The notes: a model not told the origin generated them from the sequence alone. A stretch of DNA of 63,704 nt, filler included, from Octopus bimaculoides (GCF_001194135.2; 6 parts of 5 records of this genome joined end to end with filler, not necessarily neighbours in it); one strand, 5' to 3'. Positions 13,344 to 26,700 are shown, counted from the whole stretch's first letter. A program made the numbers and translations.

Positions 13344-13726
13344 GCGGAGGCGCAATGGCCCAATGGTTAGGGCAGCGGACTCACGGTCATAGGATTGCGG
13401 TTTCGATTCCCAGACCGGACGTTGTGAGTGTTTATTGAGTGAAAACACCTAAAGCTCCACGAGGCTCTGGCAGGTGATGGTGGCGAACCCTGCTGTACTT
13501 TTTCACCACAACTTTCTCTCACTCTTTCTTCCTGTTTCTGTTGTACCTGTATTTCAAAGGGTCAGCCTTGTCACACTGTGTCACGCTGAATATCCCTGAG
13601 AACTACGTTAAGGGTACACGTGTCTGTGGAGTGCTCAGCCACTTGCACGTTAATTTCACGAGCAGCCTGTTCCGTTGATCGGATCAACTGGAACCCTTGA
13701 CGTCGTAAGCGACGGAGTGCCAACAA
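13344..13726 (+). mobile_element. SINE family C copy 2, full length (383 bp) with 13-bp TSD
   Basis: A box TGGCCCAATGG (13356-13366), B box GGTTTCGATTCC (13399-13410) and a CAACAA tail. Perfect TSD catagatatgctc at 13331-13343 and 13727-13739. Confidence 0.95.
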
Positions 13727-13896
13727 CATAGATATGCTCACTCAGGAGACAAAACAAGAACGTGAACAACAATGGTACCAGCAACAGCACTTGTGCCGCT
13801 ATTATTAGCGATTGCTAAAGTGGTGACCTGGCAGAGTCGTTTGCACGCCGGACAAAATACTCAGCGGTTTTTCGTCTATCTTTACGTTCTTATTTT

Positions 13897-14240
13897 AAAT
13901 TCCTCCGAGGCCACCTTTGCCTTTCATCTTTTTCGAACCGATAGAATAAGTACCAGTCAAGTCCAGGGGTTGATGTAATTAATTACTCCTCTCCACCCCA
14001 CCACAAAATGTCAGGTCTTGTGCCTATAGCAGAAAAGATTATTAGCACTTACTGAGACGGAGCGAGTTGGTGGAATCGTTAGCACCCTGAACAAAATGCT
14101 TAGCAGCGTTTCGTCCGTTTTTACATTCTGAGTTCAAATTCCACCGAGGTCGACTTTGCCTTTCATCCGTCGAGGTCAATAAACTAACCCCTTCCCTAAA
14201 ATTTCAGGCCTTGCACCCATAGTAGAAAAGATTATTAGCG
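13897..14240 (+). mobile_element. Two tandem SINE family A copies (tail type 2)
   Basis: Both have the gaggtcgactttgcctttcatc-type core and end in a tail like tcaggtcttgtgcctatagcagaaaagattatt. Confidence 0.8.
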
Positions 14241-14532
14241 GTTGCTCCTTATTTCTTTATTATAAACATGAAGTTTAAAAAACTTTTTAACTATTCTCTT
14301 TTAATATAAAGTGGTCTAAATATTTCTAATAATTATTTCTTTTACTCTGTTTCTTTTTAGTTTACTTCTGTTCGAATTCAGTAGTTCGTTGAATTGTTGT
14401 TGCTGTAGTGCTTTGTTGCTTATGAGATAACAAAGACGTTACGATGGTTTAAAATATAAAAAAAAAGATAAAAAACAGAATGGATGTTTGAAAGATAGGT
14501 AGGAGAAAGAGAGATGAAAATTAAGAGTGAGA

Positions 14533-14555
14533 AGATTATTATTATTATTATTATA

Positions 14556-14599
<44 letters not shown>

Positions 14600-14603
14600 G
14601 TAT

Positions 14604-14647
<44 letters not shown>

Positions 14648-14667
14648 TATCATCATCATCATCATCG

Positions 14668-14719
<52 letters not shown>

Positions 14720-14732
14720 TATTATTATTATG
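14533..14732. repeat. Compound trinucleotide array (ATT)n-(AGT)n-(ATC)n-(ATT)n
   Basis: Directly visible. Confidence 0.95.
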
Positions 14733-15201
14733 ATATTTTATATATAAAACCCACTGTTTACTTCCATCGGCCATCTTGAATAGAATTCATAGAAAAATGT
14801 CTGATGTTTAATGATTTGTCAAATAATTTAAAGCTTTGGTGACCCATGAAGGGGTTACATTCTATATACAATTCGTGAGAAATAAAAGCAATTATATAGA
14901 TAAACAATACAACTTGTGTTGATTAAATGTTGATTAAAAAAAATTTAGGCTTTTTTTCTGCATGGTGGTTTGGGGAAGAGGCAGGCTGAATTTTTTTATA
15001 GAGATAGTTTGTTTTTATATCGATTTTCTTGGTTCTGAGATTAATTAATAATCTGCACCAGATGATGGGGCTGTGGTAAGGGCGTTTTTATGATTTTATG
15101 ATTTAGCCATGGGGAAGAGTCTGCACATTACTCTTGAAGTTTTACTAACACTATTAAGTTACATATTGGTAATGCAAAACAGAAAAAAAGANNNNNNNNN
15201 N

Positions 15202-15238
<37 letters not shown>

Positions 15239-15470
15239 CTTGTGTGTGCATGCGCGTGTGTTTGTCTTTGTGTCTGTATTTGTTTCCCACCACAGCTTAA
15301 CAACCACTGTTGGTGTGTTTATGTCCCATTAATCTAATGGTTCAGCGAAAGAGAGCAATAGAATATGTACTAGGATTAAAATAAAAAAATCCCGGTGTCT
15401 ACTTGTTCGACTAACACCCTTCAAGGCGATGCCCCAGCATGACCGCAGACTAATGACTAAAACAAAAACG
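15202..15470 (+). mobile_element. SINE family B, internal (TG)n plus 3' half
   Basis: ttggtgtgtttatgtccc...cttcaaggcgatgccccagcatgaccgcagactaatgactaaaac. Confidence 0.75.
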
Positions 15471-15987
15471 AGAAGGAGAGAGACTGTTACTTTGGGTACT
15501 GAGTATTATAAGTAAAGTTTCTTTCTCCTGTCCCTAGCACCAAGATTAATTACAACCTATAGGAAATGCAGTGGAGGCAGGAGAGAACTGTATCCAGTTG
15601 TAGGAAGATGAGAAATAACTGCAATGGTTAGGGTAATTCTTGTTATATTGCTTCATCTTGCGACTGGTATAACTCCTTATTTCTGTCAATGTAGTTCTTT
15701 CTTTAACACTTCTCTTTACACTTAAAAGCCAAAATTCTAGCGAATTACTTGGGCTGAAATCTGTTGTGGGAATTTTGTTCGATTTAACTCTAAGTCATCT
15801 TGTTTTAAGAAGCATTTTTTTTTACCTCGTAAGATGATGAATGTAATTCAAAGGAAGATTCCATGTACCCTTGAGTGTGCGGATTTTATAAATAAATTTG
15901 ATATATTAGGTATTTCTCTATCATTGTGGTTCCTTCCGTTTTAATTATAATTTTATACATACGNNNNNNNNNNCACACATACACACA

Positions 15988-16072
<85 letters not shown>

Positions 16073-16734
16073 ACACAACACTCACACGCATATAGAGAGA
16101 GGGGGAGAAGGAGAAAGGGAAACGGAAAGAGAACGTCGCTGATTTCAGTCTAATATAGGAAAAATCAACAAGTAAAACTCTCGCCTGAGAACACTACGCC
16201 TCAAAAGACATCGTCCTTTCGTCGTTGTTTAGACTGAGGAAGAAGCTGAATTATTTGTCAGAACCATAAATAGATTCAAAATGCAATAAATAAATAAATA
16301 ATAAATAAATAAAACTGGGCTCTTCTGCGCGACAATGTTTATGTAGAGCGGCCCAGCTTTAGATAAGCTTTCAAAGTCGACTTGAAGCTGCAACGCGTTA
16401 TTATGTTGATGGAGAGAATGTACATGAGACAGCTGATGCAATCAACTGTTTCTTGAAAACTTTAGAAATTTACAGATTACCGAAGCTGAAATAAACGAGA
16501 ACGAGAAAGTAGCTGACATTTGAGATGCTTATTTCTCACTGCTATTTCTAACCATCGACAAACTGCTGATTATTATTACAACAGGGAAGAATACAATACT
16601 ACAGTTTATAAATGCTTCCTTGAGAGTCGCTCTCAGCGCAGTCAGAACAGTCCCCAAAAGCTATTGATATTAATGGACAGGTTCGTGTTTCTTTAATCGT
16701 GAATGCCATGCTATAAATATAGTGCTAAAAGTAA

Positions 16735-16892
16735 TCTCTCTTTCTCTCTCTCCCCCTCTTTCTCTGTCTCTCTCTTTCTTTCTCTCTCTTTCTCTCTCTC
16801 TCCCTCCCTTTCTCTGTCTCTCTCTTTTTGTCTGAGTGTCCGTCAGTCTTTCTGTCTCTTTCTGTTTCTCTTTCTTTTTATCTGTCTGTCTG

Positions 16893-16930
<38 letters not shown>
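16735..16930. repeat. Polypyrimidine (CT)n-rich tract
   Basis: Directly visible; potential H-DNA. Confidence 0.9.
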
Positions 16931-16931
<1 letters not shown>

Positions 16932-17243
16932 TCTGTAAGATTACGCTTGCTTATAATCCCTCAAATTTGAAACTTCCCTTTCTTATCTAATCCTATTAGT
17001 TTATACCATCTTAATACTCACCTCCCTTTTAAATAAACCTAAAGAATAGTTTAAAGAAAATTGAATTGTATTTTATGTGTTCACTGGTGTTGCAAGTCGA
17101 ATATAAATATTAATTATTTTTTTATGAAGCCAAAACAATGCATGTTGTTAAAAATAATATAGGTCATAAATGTAAGGTAAAAGTACATCTCATTGACCTG
17201 CATTATATTATATGACTTGCATTCTTTTGACTTTATAACAACA

Positions 17244-18204
17244 CTAACTGAGGTACCCGGTAAGTCTCGCGAGCGGGAATATTTCCAGTGCCCATTACAA
17301 TGCCTAATTTCTCTCAGACGAAAAATAAAATGAAGACATAGGACAGATAATAGAAGGCGTAAGCAAATTCATTCACGAAGCAATAATACAAATAAATACG
17401 TGTGGAATCGGAAAATAACAATTATTTGGTCAGATGAGTGAAAAACTACAAATATATAATCAATAGAAACATCAAGAAGGGAATTGTAAAGTTTGAAAAG
17501 TAAACAAAAAAATTATTTACAGAAAATTTGACGACTGTGTGTCATGGGTATAGTTCCACTGATCGTGAAGTTCAAATATCGATTGCAAAGGTTAGAACCG
17601 ACAATTTTAAGTTTCGACGTTTAGAATCGATAATTTTAAGTGTGGGTTTTAAGAAAATATATGCTACATGTTTTAGTACACAACGCTTCAACATTTAAAA
17701 TCGATAATTTTAAGTGTAGATGTTAAAATAATACATATTACAGAAACCTGAGAATGCCGAATTAATTGACGAACATTTTGAACCCACAACAATTTAGGCC
17801 AAATTTCGTTAATCGGTTAATCAAAAGTCATCTTACGCTTTGCTTGAGTGGTCTAGGTAAAAATTTATAGCGCATATTCCATCTGTGTATAAAATTTCAA
17901 GAAAATCGGATGTAAAATTTTAAAGTTATAGCAGAAAATAACATTCATATGAGAATTTGCATTGAAATGTGCAACTGATTTTTGAAAAACCGATGCTGAT
18001 TGAAAATCACCGATTTCTTTTTTTCTTTGTATTTTTTTTTTTTTTTGAAATTCCAAGTGCATAAGTGACAGCATGGACATAAGCACCACACACGTGTCAA
18101 GTTTCATCAAGATCGGTTGCATAGTCTCGGAGGATTCAAAGTAACAAATTCACAAACACACACAGAGTCACAAACAGGCAGAAATTGCTATTTATGTATA
18201 TGGA
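17244..18204 (-). mobile_element. Non-autonomous Helitron, about 960 bp
   Basis: On the minus strand it begins A|TCcatatacataaatagc and ends with a GC hairpin (cccgctcgcgagacttaccggg), then tacctcagTTAG|T. This gives an AT target with no TSD and a CTRR-like end. Internal tcgataattttaagt repeats are present. Confidence 0.75.
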
Positions 18205-18234
18205 TAATTGGAAACACACACGCACACACATGTG

Positions 18235-18314
<80 letters not shown>

Positions 18315-19062
18315 TGGCGACTCCGGAACTAGGGTTGTTCGGGCTTTGCCCGAGTATAAATTTAGTAACGTGAACCTGTATTAGCAAGCTGATTTAATTT
18401 CTGCCAATACTGACTTCAAATATGTAAATGCAGCCAATAACTCGGGTTCCTTTGATTGAGCTTGGTCGCAGCTCGTTTATTTTCGTTCAGCGTATGACAG
18501 TCGTCTTAGAGGTGCCCTGCGTCAGAAACTATCATTCGTAGTAGACGTTCTCTCGGCTCAAAAGCACGAGTTGTTATCTATAATCGTAAAAATTAAATGT
18601 AATTCAAATTCAATGTTTTCTTGAAACAATAAATTTCTATAAAGATTAGGGTTTAAATTTCAGTCTATGAAATGTTTCCGTTCTACATTATTCTTAAAGG
18701 AACAAAAAAGTATGGTAGGTGTAGAAGACTGGCAACTCTTGTCAAGAATATAGGCAACAGAAAAATCGGTGATGTTCGTTGTGCACTGCGCTGTCGTTAT
18801 TTGATTGCTGTGATTCTGTGTGTCTGTGTATGAAGGTCAGTTGTGTTTAGCAGGGCTGCTTTATTTTTACGCTTAACATAGAAATGGAGAAAGACATAGT
18901 GCTAGATATTAAAAAAATAAGCCATTTGGGACAAGAAATAAAGCAGCAAAAATGTGAAATTCTTGGAGCAGGCATGTGTCCTATGCGAAATCTGTGATGA
19001 GTTCGAGTGACATTGATGACCTAGAGTCGACTCTGATACACACGCGCACGCACACCCACACG

Positions 19063-19107
<45 letters not shown>

Positions 19108-19203
19108 TTTTTCAAGGTGGTGTCCCAGCATGTCCACAGTCAAATGACTGAAACAAGTAAAAGATAAAACAATACTATTCTTATATATGTAAACATAAAT
19201 ACG

Positions 19204-19278
<75 letters not shown>

Positions 19279-19297
19279 TTATGTATGTATTTACATA

Positions 19298-20010
19298 TTC
19301 GTCGTCAAGTATGAAATCTGTAGTAAGGTATATGGTAGACTTTGACAGCTGCTCATTTTACGCCATTATTATATTTTGACAATTTTAATTTTTTGTAAGA
19401 AAGCTGACATATCTATTTCTTTATTCTAACTCATTTCATAAATCGATTTTGCTATTTTTGTTTAAAGATGGATGGATATTTCGGAAATTCGTACAGTTTT
19501 GAAATATGAGTTATTTCATGGAAATACAGCATCACAGACAGCTCGGAATATTAATGGAGTATTTCTTTCTAATGTTATTATACAGCAGACAGTATCAAAT
19601 TGGTTTGCAAAATTTCGTTCTGGTAACTTTGACCTCTCAAATGAGAAACGCGGTCGACCAGAAACAAAGGTGGATAATGACGAACTGAAAGCCACCGTCG
19701 AGTAAGATCCATCTCAAAGTGCCCGTGAATTATCGTCGTTGCTTGGTGTTAGCGACCAAACAGTATTGACTCACCTAATTCAAATCGGTAAAGTGTAAAA
19801 GTTGGATAAGTGGGTTCCACATGAACTCAATGAATATCAGAAACAGCAAAGTTTGGAAGCCTACATTATGCTACTTTCTCGTCACAAAAATGCATAATTT
19901 TTGTATCGAATTGTAACATGTGATGAGAAATGGATCCAATACAACAACCGTAAACGTTCAACACAATGGGTGGACAAAAATGAGCCACCAAAACTTAGTC
20001 CAAAAAACAA
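19298..20010 (+). mobile_element. 3'-truncated mariner (cecropia/Hsmar1-like)
   Basis: Probable left end TA|ttcgtcgtcaagtatgaaatc, followed by a transposase relic. Similarity stops before the second catalytic D. Confidence 0.8.
19472..20010 (+). pseudogene. Mariner transposase N-terminal half, one frame with three in-frame stops
   Basis: MDISEIRTVLKYELFHG...WFAKFRSGNFDLSNEKRGRP...E*DPSQSARELS...GKV*KLDKWVPHEL...KNA*FLYRIVTCDEKWIQYNNRKRSTQWVD, containing the WVPHEL and TCDEKW motifs. Confidence 0.92.
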
Positions 20011-20171
20011 AATTATAATTACAAACTCACCTAGCACAAAATACATGCGGACATGAGAATCTACCCACCTTTAACAAAAGCACTGAGCACGCTCTTCAAT
20101 ATTTAGACATAAACGTAAACAAAAAATTCAATACGTATCTGTGTGCCCACGCCTGTACATTTTATTTCATT

Positions 20172-20214
<43 letters not shown>

Positions 20215-20359
20215 TTTTGAGTATTTATAAATGCTAGTATGTTGTTTGTATTTCGCAATGTTAATTATCTGTAAACAAATTCGAAATAAGCCCGCGGAAA
20301 AATATTCAAAATTATATTATTGATATTTTTCCAAATCTATTCTTAACAAAAACTTGTCT

Positions 20360-20575
20360 GTATTATTATTATCATCTTCACTATTATTATTATCATCTTC
20401 ACTATTATTATTATTATTATTATTATTTTATGTTTGACTTTTGTTTTGCATTTGTACAAGTTGGATCCAAGTNNNNNNNNNNTTGCTCAGTTTTTGGTAG
20501 GTCTTGACAGATACGTTTATATCAATTGGGACAGTCATATCAATGAGGAGGCATGATTTTTGTCTGAAGTCTTTC

Positions 20576-20625
<50 letters not shown>

Positions 20626-20755
20626 AAATATTATTATTATTGTTATTATTATTATTATTGTTGTTATTATTATTACAAATACTATTATTATTATTATCTT
20701 CATTCTTATTATTATTACTAATACTATAAGTGTTATTTTTATTATTATTAGATAA
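20360..20755. repeat. Degenerate (ATT)n array
   Basis: Directly visible. Confidence 0.9.
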
Positions 20756-21090
20756 TAAAATAAAGAAATATTTTTCTTTTGTTTCGTCTTAATTTTTTTT
20801 TCGTTTTGCGTTTTTAATATTTCTACATTTGTTTTTCGATATGATTTTTCCTCTATTTCACTGATTTGTTAATAATATTATTGATGTGTTAATTTAATAA
20901 TCTACTAAACAAACAGTACTTGAGTTAATTTTTGATTTTTCTGTTTTCAATTTGGTTATTTCCGTTCGACAACGTTTTATTGATTTAAGCACTGTATCTT
21001 TTATTTGCTTCCAATTGGCTCGATTTGTTCCATAATATAATTTTGTTTTATACTGTATTATCCATTTATTTTCATATTATCTTATCTATG

Positions 21091-21168
<78 letters not shown>

Positions 21169-21700
21169 CAATAAAAATTTATGGTGTTTATTTATGCTTA
21201 GGAATATATTGTTCAAAAAAAGTAAGTAATATTAAAAATTTAAATAATTAGGAAAATAATTTTAAAAAGGTTAATAAATAAATAAATAAATAAACAACGC
21301 ATTTCTAAATTTCCATTTTGTTTATTGATTCTTTTTTCATTATTTGTTTTCTATATATATATATATGTGTGTGTGAGTGTGTATGTATATATGTATATGT
21401 ATGAATATATCTATATATATTTATACAGACATACATATATATATATATATATATGTGCTGTGTGTGTGTTTGTGTGTGTGTATACATATACATATATATA
21501 CATACATACGTACATGTATATACATGTATGTATATATGTGCATGTATATTTGTGTATATTTCTCAATCAAGTATTGCAACAATGTTTACTGCTTCAACAA
21601 CCATTGCAGTAAACAAAAAACCCCTAACAACCATTAAACCTTAAACAATGCGATTGGCTCCATTGACATTCCGAATGGAATTACAAAAAGCAAGGAGTGT

Positions 21701-21801
21701 CTAATGCAGACGATCGATCTCATGGAAGTAATTCTCAGAGGTCTTTGCATTTTCACGAAAACGTCTTAAAGGTATTGAAAGTGGTGCCGAACAATACAGG
21801 C
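21701..21801 (-). CDS. Candidate terminal coding exon of an unidentified minus-strand gene
   Basis: Strong acceptor tctatttttcttttattccag|G, then an open frame (G)LYCSAPLSIPLRRFRENAKTSENYFHEIDRLH-stop in non-repetitive sequence. The protein is not recognised. Confidence 0.3.
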
Positions 21802-22044
21802 CTGGAATAAAAGAAAAATAGATATTTGAATAAATGAATCTGCTTGACCTGGGATCGAAATCTGGACAATCATGATTGCGTTCATGATCACGATCATCAT
21901 GATCATTGTCGTCGTCGTCCTCATCATCAACAACAACGACAACAACATCAACAGTGGCGACACCAATACTAACATCACTACCAACAGTCATAGTCTCATA
22001 AGGTCGATTTGCCAGATTTTGTGGTGTATATATTCTCCAGTCCC

Positions 22045-22177
22045 TCTTGGTGGCACTGGAGCAACGTAAAATGAAGTATTTTGCTCAAGAACACAACGCA
22101 TCGTCCGGTTCAGGAATCACATCCCCAATTTCACAATCATAGGTGCAACACAAGAGCTACCAAACCACGCGCCTCCA
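22045..22177 (-). mobile_element. SINE family D head and CORE-like fragment
   Basis: Reverse complement ggaggcgcgtgg...gattcctgaaccggacgatgcgttgtgttcttgagcaaaatacttca matches 31030-31140. Confidence 0.65.
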
Positions 22178-25140
22178 TTTTAACTTATAAATGCCAACGA
22201 CAAGGTCATCAGTTATCTTATCAGGTTCATGAATCAATCAGAACACCGTTACATAAATGACTGGTGAAAACTTCACTACACACAATACATCCTGGTATAA
22301 AAACTAAGATAGCGCTAGTGTTACAAGTAAATTCTTTAATATGGGAGTAGAGAGTTGGCAGAATTGAAATGAATGCTTTGCTTTATTTGTTTCGACACTC
22401 TGCGCATTTCAAATCCCGCTGAGGTTAGCTTCGCCTTTCATCCTTTTAGAGTTAGTAGAACGTGTATTAATCCGAGGTGATGGCTTGACAGTAGTGCAAG
22501 AATGCTAGGTCAGATGAGTTGCAGTATTTGTTGTAAGTCTTTAGGTTCTGAGTTCAGATCCTGCCATTGCCTACTCTGATGGGAGACGTAACCTGCCGCC
22601 GATTGGGAGACTTCACTTGTCGCCATTACCTGGGTGCTTGGATTTCTATAATGGAGTGCAAGCTTGTAGGCCAGATTTCTGGTTTGACAATACTTGTTTC
22701 TTATAAGTTATAAGGCACTGTTTGTTATAAGTTATGAATTCATACAACACACTACACATACCAACGATAATATCTCGTCGCCGGAAACTCATCCGTGGTA
22801 GTACCAACATACATACAATTTTGTCGCTCTAAATCACAACACGTATTCATATCGCTACACTCCACTAAATATTTCAGGACTTCAATGATAATAAATTGTT
22901 TCGAACATGGCAGGAAGAAGACTAAAATTTTAGCAATACTAGCTCTGATGCTTGAGAGATAGCTTATTGTAGTCTACAATTGAGATTTTTCATGTTCTGT
23001 AATCTCAGGTAAGCTTCGACATAACACATCGGTAGCATGGTAATAGTCGACCGAACGACTTAAGAAGAAAATCTACGTTTTAGGGTCATATATTCGGCAA
23101 CAACAACAATAGCAGTTGTATGTCTACAACAACAGAAGTAGCAGTTTCAAAAAGGAACCAAGAGTAACAGCAACCAACAGAATTAATGGGAGTACTCAAA
23201 AGAACGCTGACAGCGCTTGCAACAAGTAAAACATATCACAACGAGATTAACTGCAAAAATTCCCCAACAAAACGAACAAAAATGACGAAAAGAAGTATGA
23301 TGAGAAATAAATGAGTATCATAAGAAATAAAAATAAGAGACTTTACTCGGCAACTAATAATGCTGCTCAACATCTATCTTATGTGATATATGGATTGCGA
23401 AAGAAATACAATATGAAAACAGTGTCTAGAATAAAACATAGGAAATAAGAAAAGCAGCAACACCGTCAGATAATTGAACCAGTGTCAGGTGACAGATTAA
23501 AAAGAAAAGGATCAAATACGTAAAATACCAACACCGTCCTTTTATTACAACGCCAAGTGAATAACCAGCGTAGACGTGTGACTTAGGGAACTTTATAACT
23601 AATGAGCATTATGTTGACATGCAGAAGATGGCAGGGCTGATAATCTATTGGGGAACCCGAAGAAAACTGATTATATCTTTATGCTACGCATGTGAAGCAG
23701 TTGAACTTTCAGTGGTGGTCTTCTCCAAGTTATACATGCAGGAATAGTTGAGCATTCATAAACTCTGTAAGTGAAAGAAACACACGTTAATTTAATTGTG
23801 CGGCCACTGCGTACAGAGATGAATTGTTCACATTTTGGCACCTATTTATTAATCACTAGGCAGATTCTGCTAATTAAATACTGAATGTTTTGGGTACTAA
23901 TATAAATAACACTGACCGACTTGTTATCTAACACCTTATCGGCTCGGTTATCCACGTTGCCTGGCCCAAGTTCTTATGAAGACAAAACTCCAAAATATAA
24001 AGTGGTGACGGGTTTATGAAGCCTGCCTGCATGAAGTCAGAAAATTATGGCTCCAGTTTTGACATGTTTTAAACCATGCAACAATAATGATACCATTAGT
24101 ACATTTACTTACAAGCAAACTTACAATAGTAGTAATAAATCAGGTTTTAAGAGCTACAAACATAGGAACAGTGTTCTGAAGAATACAACAACGTTGATGA
24201 CAACGACAACAAGAACAACAAGAACAACAACAACAACAAAAGCAATAACAAATTCAATGAGCCAAAATAACAATCTATGTGGTTGCTTAAAGGGGGAAAT
24301 GGTATTGGGAAATGTGGGCCTAGCAGGATGCCTTCGAACATGAATCTGCTTGAACAGCGTAGAAATGCGTTAAATAATCACCACCAGTAAAGCCATGACG
24401 ACGACTATGATGACGACGATGACGAACACCACCACCACCACCTTCAACAACAACAAAGTTTGTAGGGGTTTGAACCTAGAATGCAAAGTTTTCGAGTTCC
24501 ACCATTCTGCAGACCTAGCTGGAGCATTTTTTATCGACCCCGAAAGAAAGAAATGCGTAAAACGACATAGGTGGGATGTGAATTAAGTGTGCAGAGAAAC
24601 GCGCCAAATACTGCCAGGCAGTGTTGCCGACACTCTAACAACTCAGCGAACTCGACGCCATTAATAAACCACAATCAAAGAAGAAATAATCCTCACTATG
24701 ATCAACAACAATAAACAAAAAATCAAAAACAAAGAAAAGAAGCAAAAGAAAACAAAATTAATCAGCAATGACAGCAACTACTACAATAACTACAGAAACA
24801 ACAACAACTAATGTTCCTATCAATGTTCTTTGTTCGTTTGCAGAAGAGATCACTGAACAAGCCACATGGGTAATATAGTAATAATAACTAACCAACATAA
24901 TAAAGACGTGAGTAATTAATTAGTATTACATTTGTTTATTAATTGGCAAATTGACAAACAATCCAACACGATTCCACCAAAATTCAAACAATTGTAAATA
25001 TGGAATTATCGGAATATTGGAACAAGATGCAAATGGAATGCAGCATAAAAGCTACGTCCGTCAGAAGCATAAACATAATTTAAACTACTTCAATGCACTA
25101 CAGTCACTTTAGTAGCACACATTAATCATATAAATATATA

Positions 25141-25171
<31 letters not shown>

Positions 25172-25189
25172 TCACACACACACACACAT

Positions 25190-25234
<45 letters not shown>

Positions 25235-25744
25235 NNNNNNNNNNNNNNNNNNNNNNNNNNNNNNNNNNNNNNNNNNNNNNNNNNNNNNNNNNNNNNNNNN
25301 NNNNNNNNNNNNNNNNNNNNNNNNNNNNNNNNNNNNNNNNNNNNNNNNNNNNNNNNNNNNNNNNNNNNNNNNNNNNNNNNNNNNNNNNNNNNNNNNNNNN
25401 NNNNNNNNNNNNNNNNNNNNNNNNNNNNNNNNNNNNNNNNNNNNNNNNNNNNNNNNNNNNNNNNNNNNNNNNNNNNNNNNNNNNNNNNNNNNNNNNNNNN
25501 NNNNNNNNNNNNNNNNNNNNNNNATATATATATATACATATATGTATATGTATATATTTACAAACATGCTCATACATATGTATGCACACACACACACATA
25601 TATGTGTGTGTGTGTGTGTGTATTCGCTCTACCGTACAGGGTATTAAATTAAACGCACAAATACTGACGTTAAACTGTATCAATTTGTCATATCTCATTT
25701 CATTCATTTCATGTTTTTGTGTTCCATAAAAATTAACAACACCA

Positions 25745-25810
<66 letters not shown>
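25745..25810. repeat. Perfect palindromic microsatellite (ACT)11(AGT)11
   Basis: 33 bp of ACT immediately followed by 33 bp of AGT. Confidence 0.95.
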
Positions 25811-25811
<1 letters not shown>

Positions 25812-26359
25812 CTGCTGCTACGAAGTTAGTAGCATTAGTAATAGGAATATCAAAAGTAATTTTGTGTATTGCAGATATTGCATCAATAAATATTAGTAAC
25901 AATACTAGCAACCAGAACAGTAAATGCAACGCTAAGAGTAAAAGTAACTAACAACTGTTACAGAAAGTTAACGGATGGAGGATTGAATAGCATGTACTAT
26001 ACGTACAAATGTATTTTAGTTAACTGAAATGAGTTTTATCACACGAAAATGAAACTTGGCGAAAATTGTTAGACTCTCACAAAGGGAGATAATTTGAAGA
26101 AATTAAGAATTAATCTCTGAACGTTAAATAATGCGTTAAATAATTACCATCAGGAAAGCCATGATGACGACGACGATAACCACCACCACCACCACAAGAA
26201 CAACAACAGCAGCAACAACATCGACGACAACAACAACAACAACAACACCAACAACAACACCATTTGTTTCGGAGAAAGAAAAAGCTGCTCTTTGCAACCA
26301 AGAAGTAATCACATGGGTGTCGGTGTATTAAACTAAGATAAAATATTAGACTACACAAG

Positions 26360-26700
26360 CCCGATGAGTTGGCGAATAAGTAAAACATAGGCGCTTTGCA
26401 AAGTCGTGGTTTCGAGTTCAGTTCCACAGCATGGCATTTTAGGTAAGCGTCTTCTACTATAGCTTCCGGTCAACCAATGTCATATAAACACAAACTGTTG
26501 ACATGCCTACACAGAGACATGTTTATATGTGTGTGCGTATGCGTGTCTGTGTGTGTGCGTGTGTGTGTGTGTGCGCGCACGTGCGTGTGTACCCGTGTGT
26601 GTGTGTGTGGTCGTGCGCATGCATGTGTGTATGTGAGTGTGTGTGTATGTGTGTGTGTGTGTGTGTGTGTGTATTTTCCCTGGGGTCGATTTGTTCAACC
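26360..26700 (+). mobile_element. SINE family B, head plus internal (TG)n
   Basis: gttcagttccacagcatggcattttaggtaagcgtcttctactatagc..., then (TG)n, then tggggtcgatttgttcaacc. Confidence 0.65.

Noticed and set aside
13344-13415. tRNA gene (also 31030-31100 and 55158-55220)
   Set aside because: A/B boxes are present, but the sequence continues into a multi-copy body with tail and TSD, so these are SINE heads.
16360-16490. Protein-like frame SFQSRLEAATRYYVDGENVHETADAINCFLKTLEIYRLPKLK
   Set aside because: No recognisable domain, no start and only a weak splice context.
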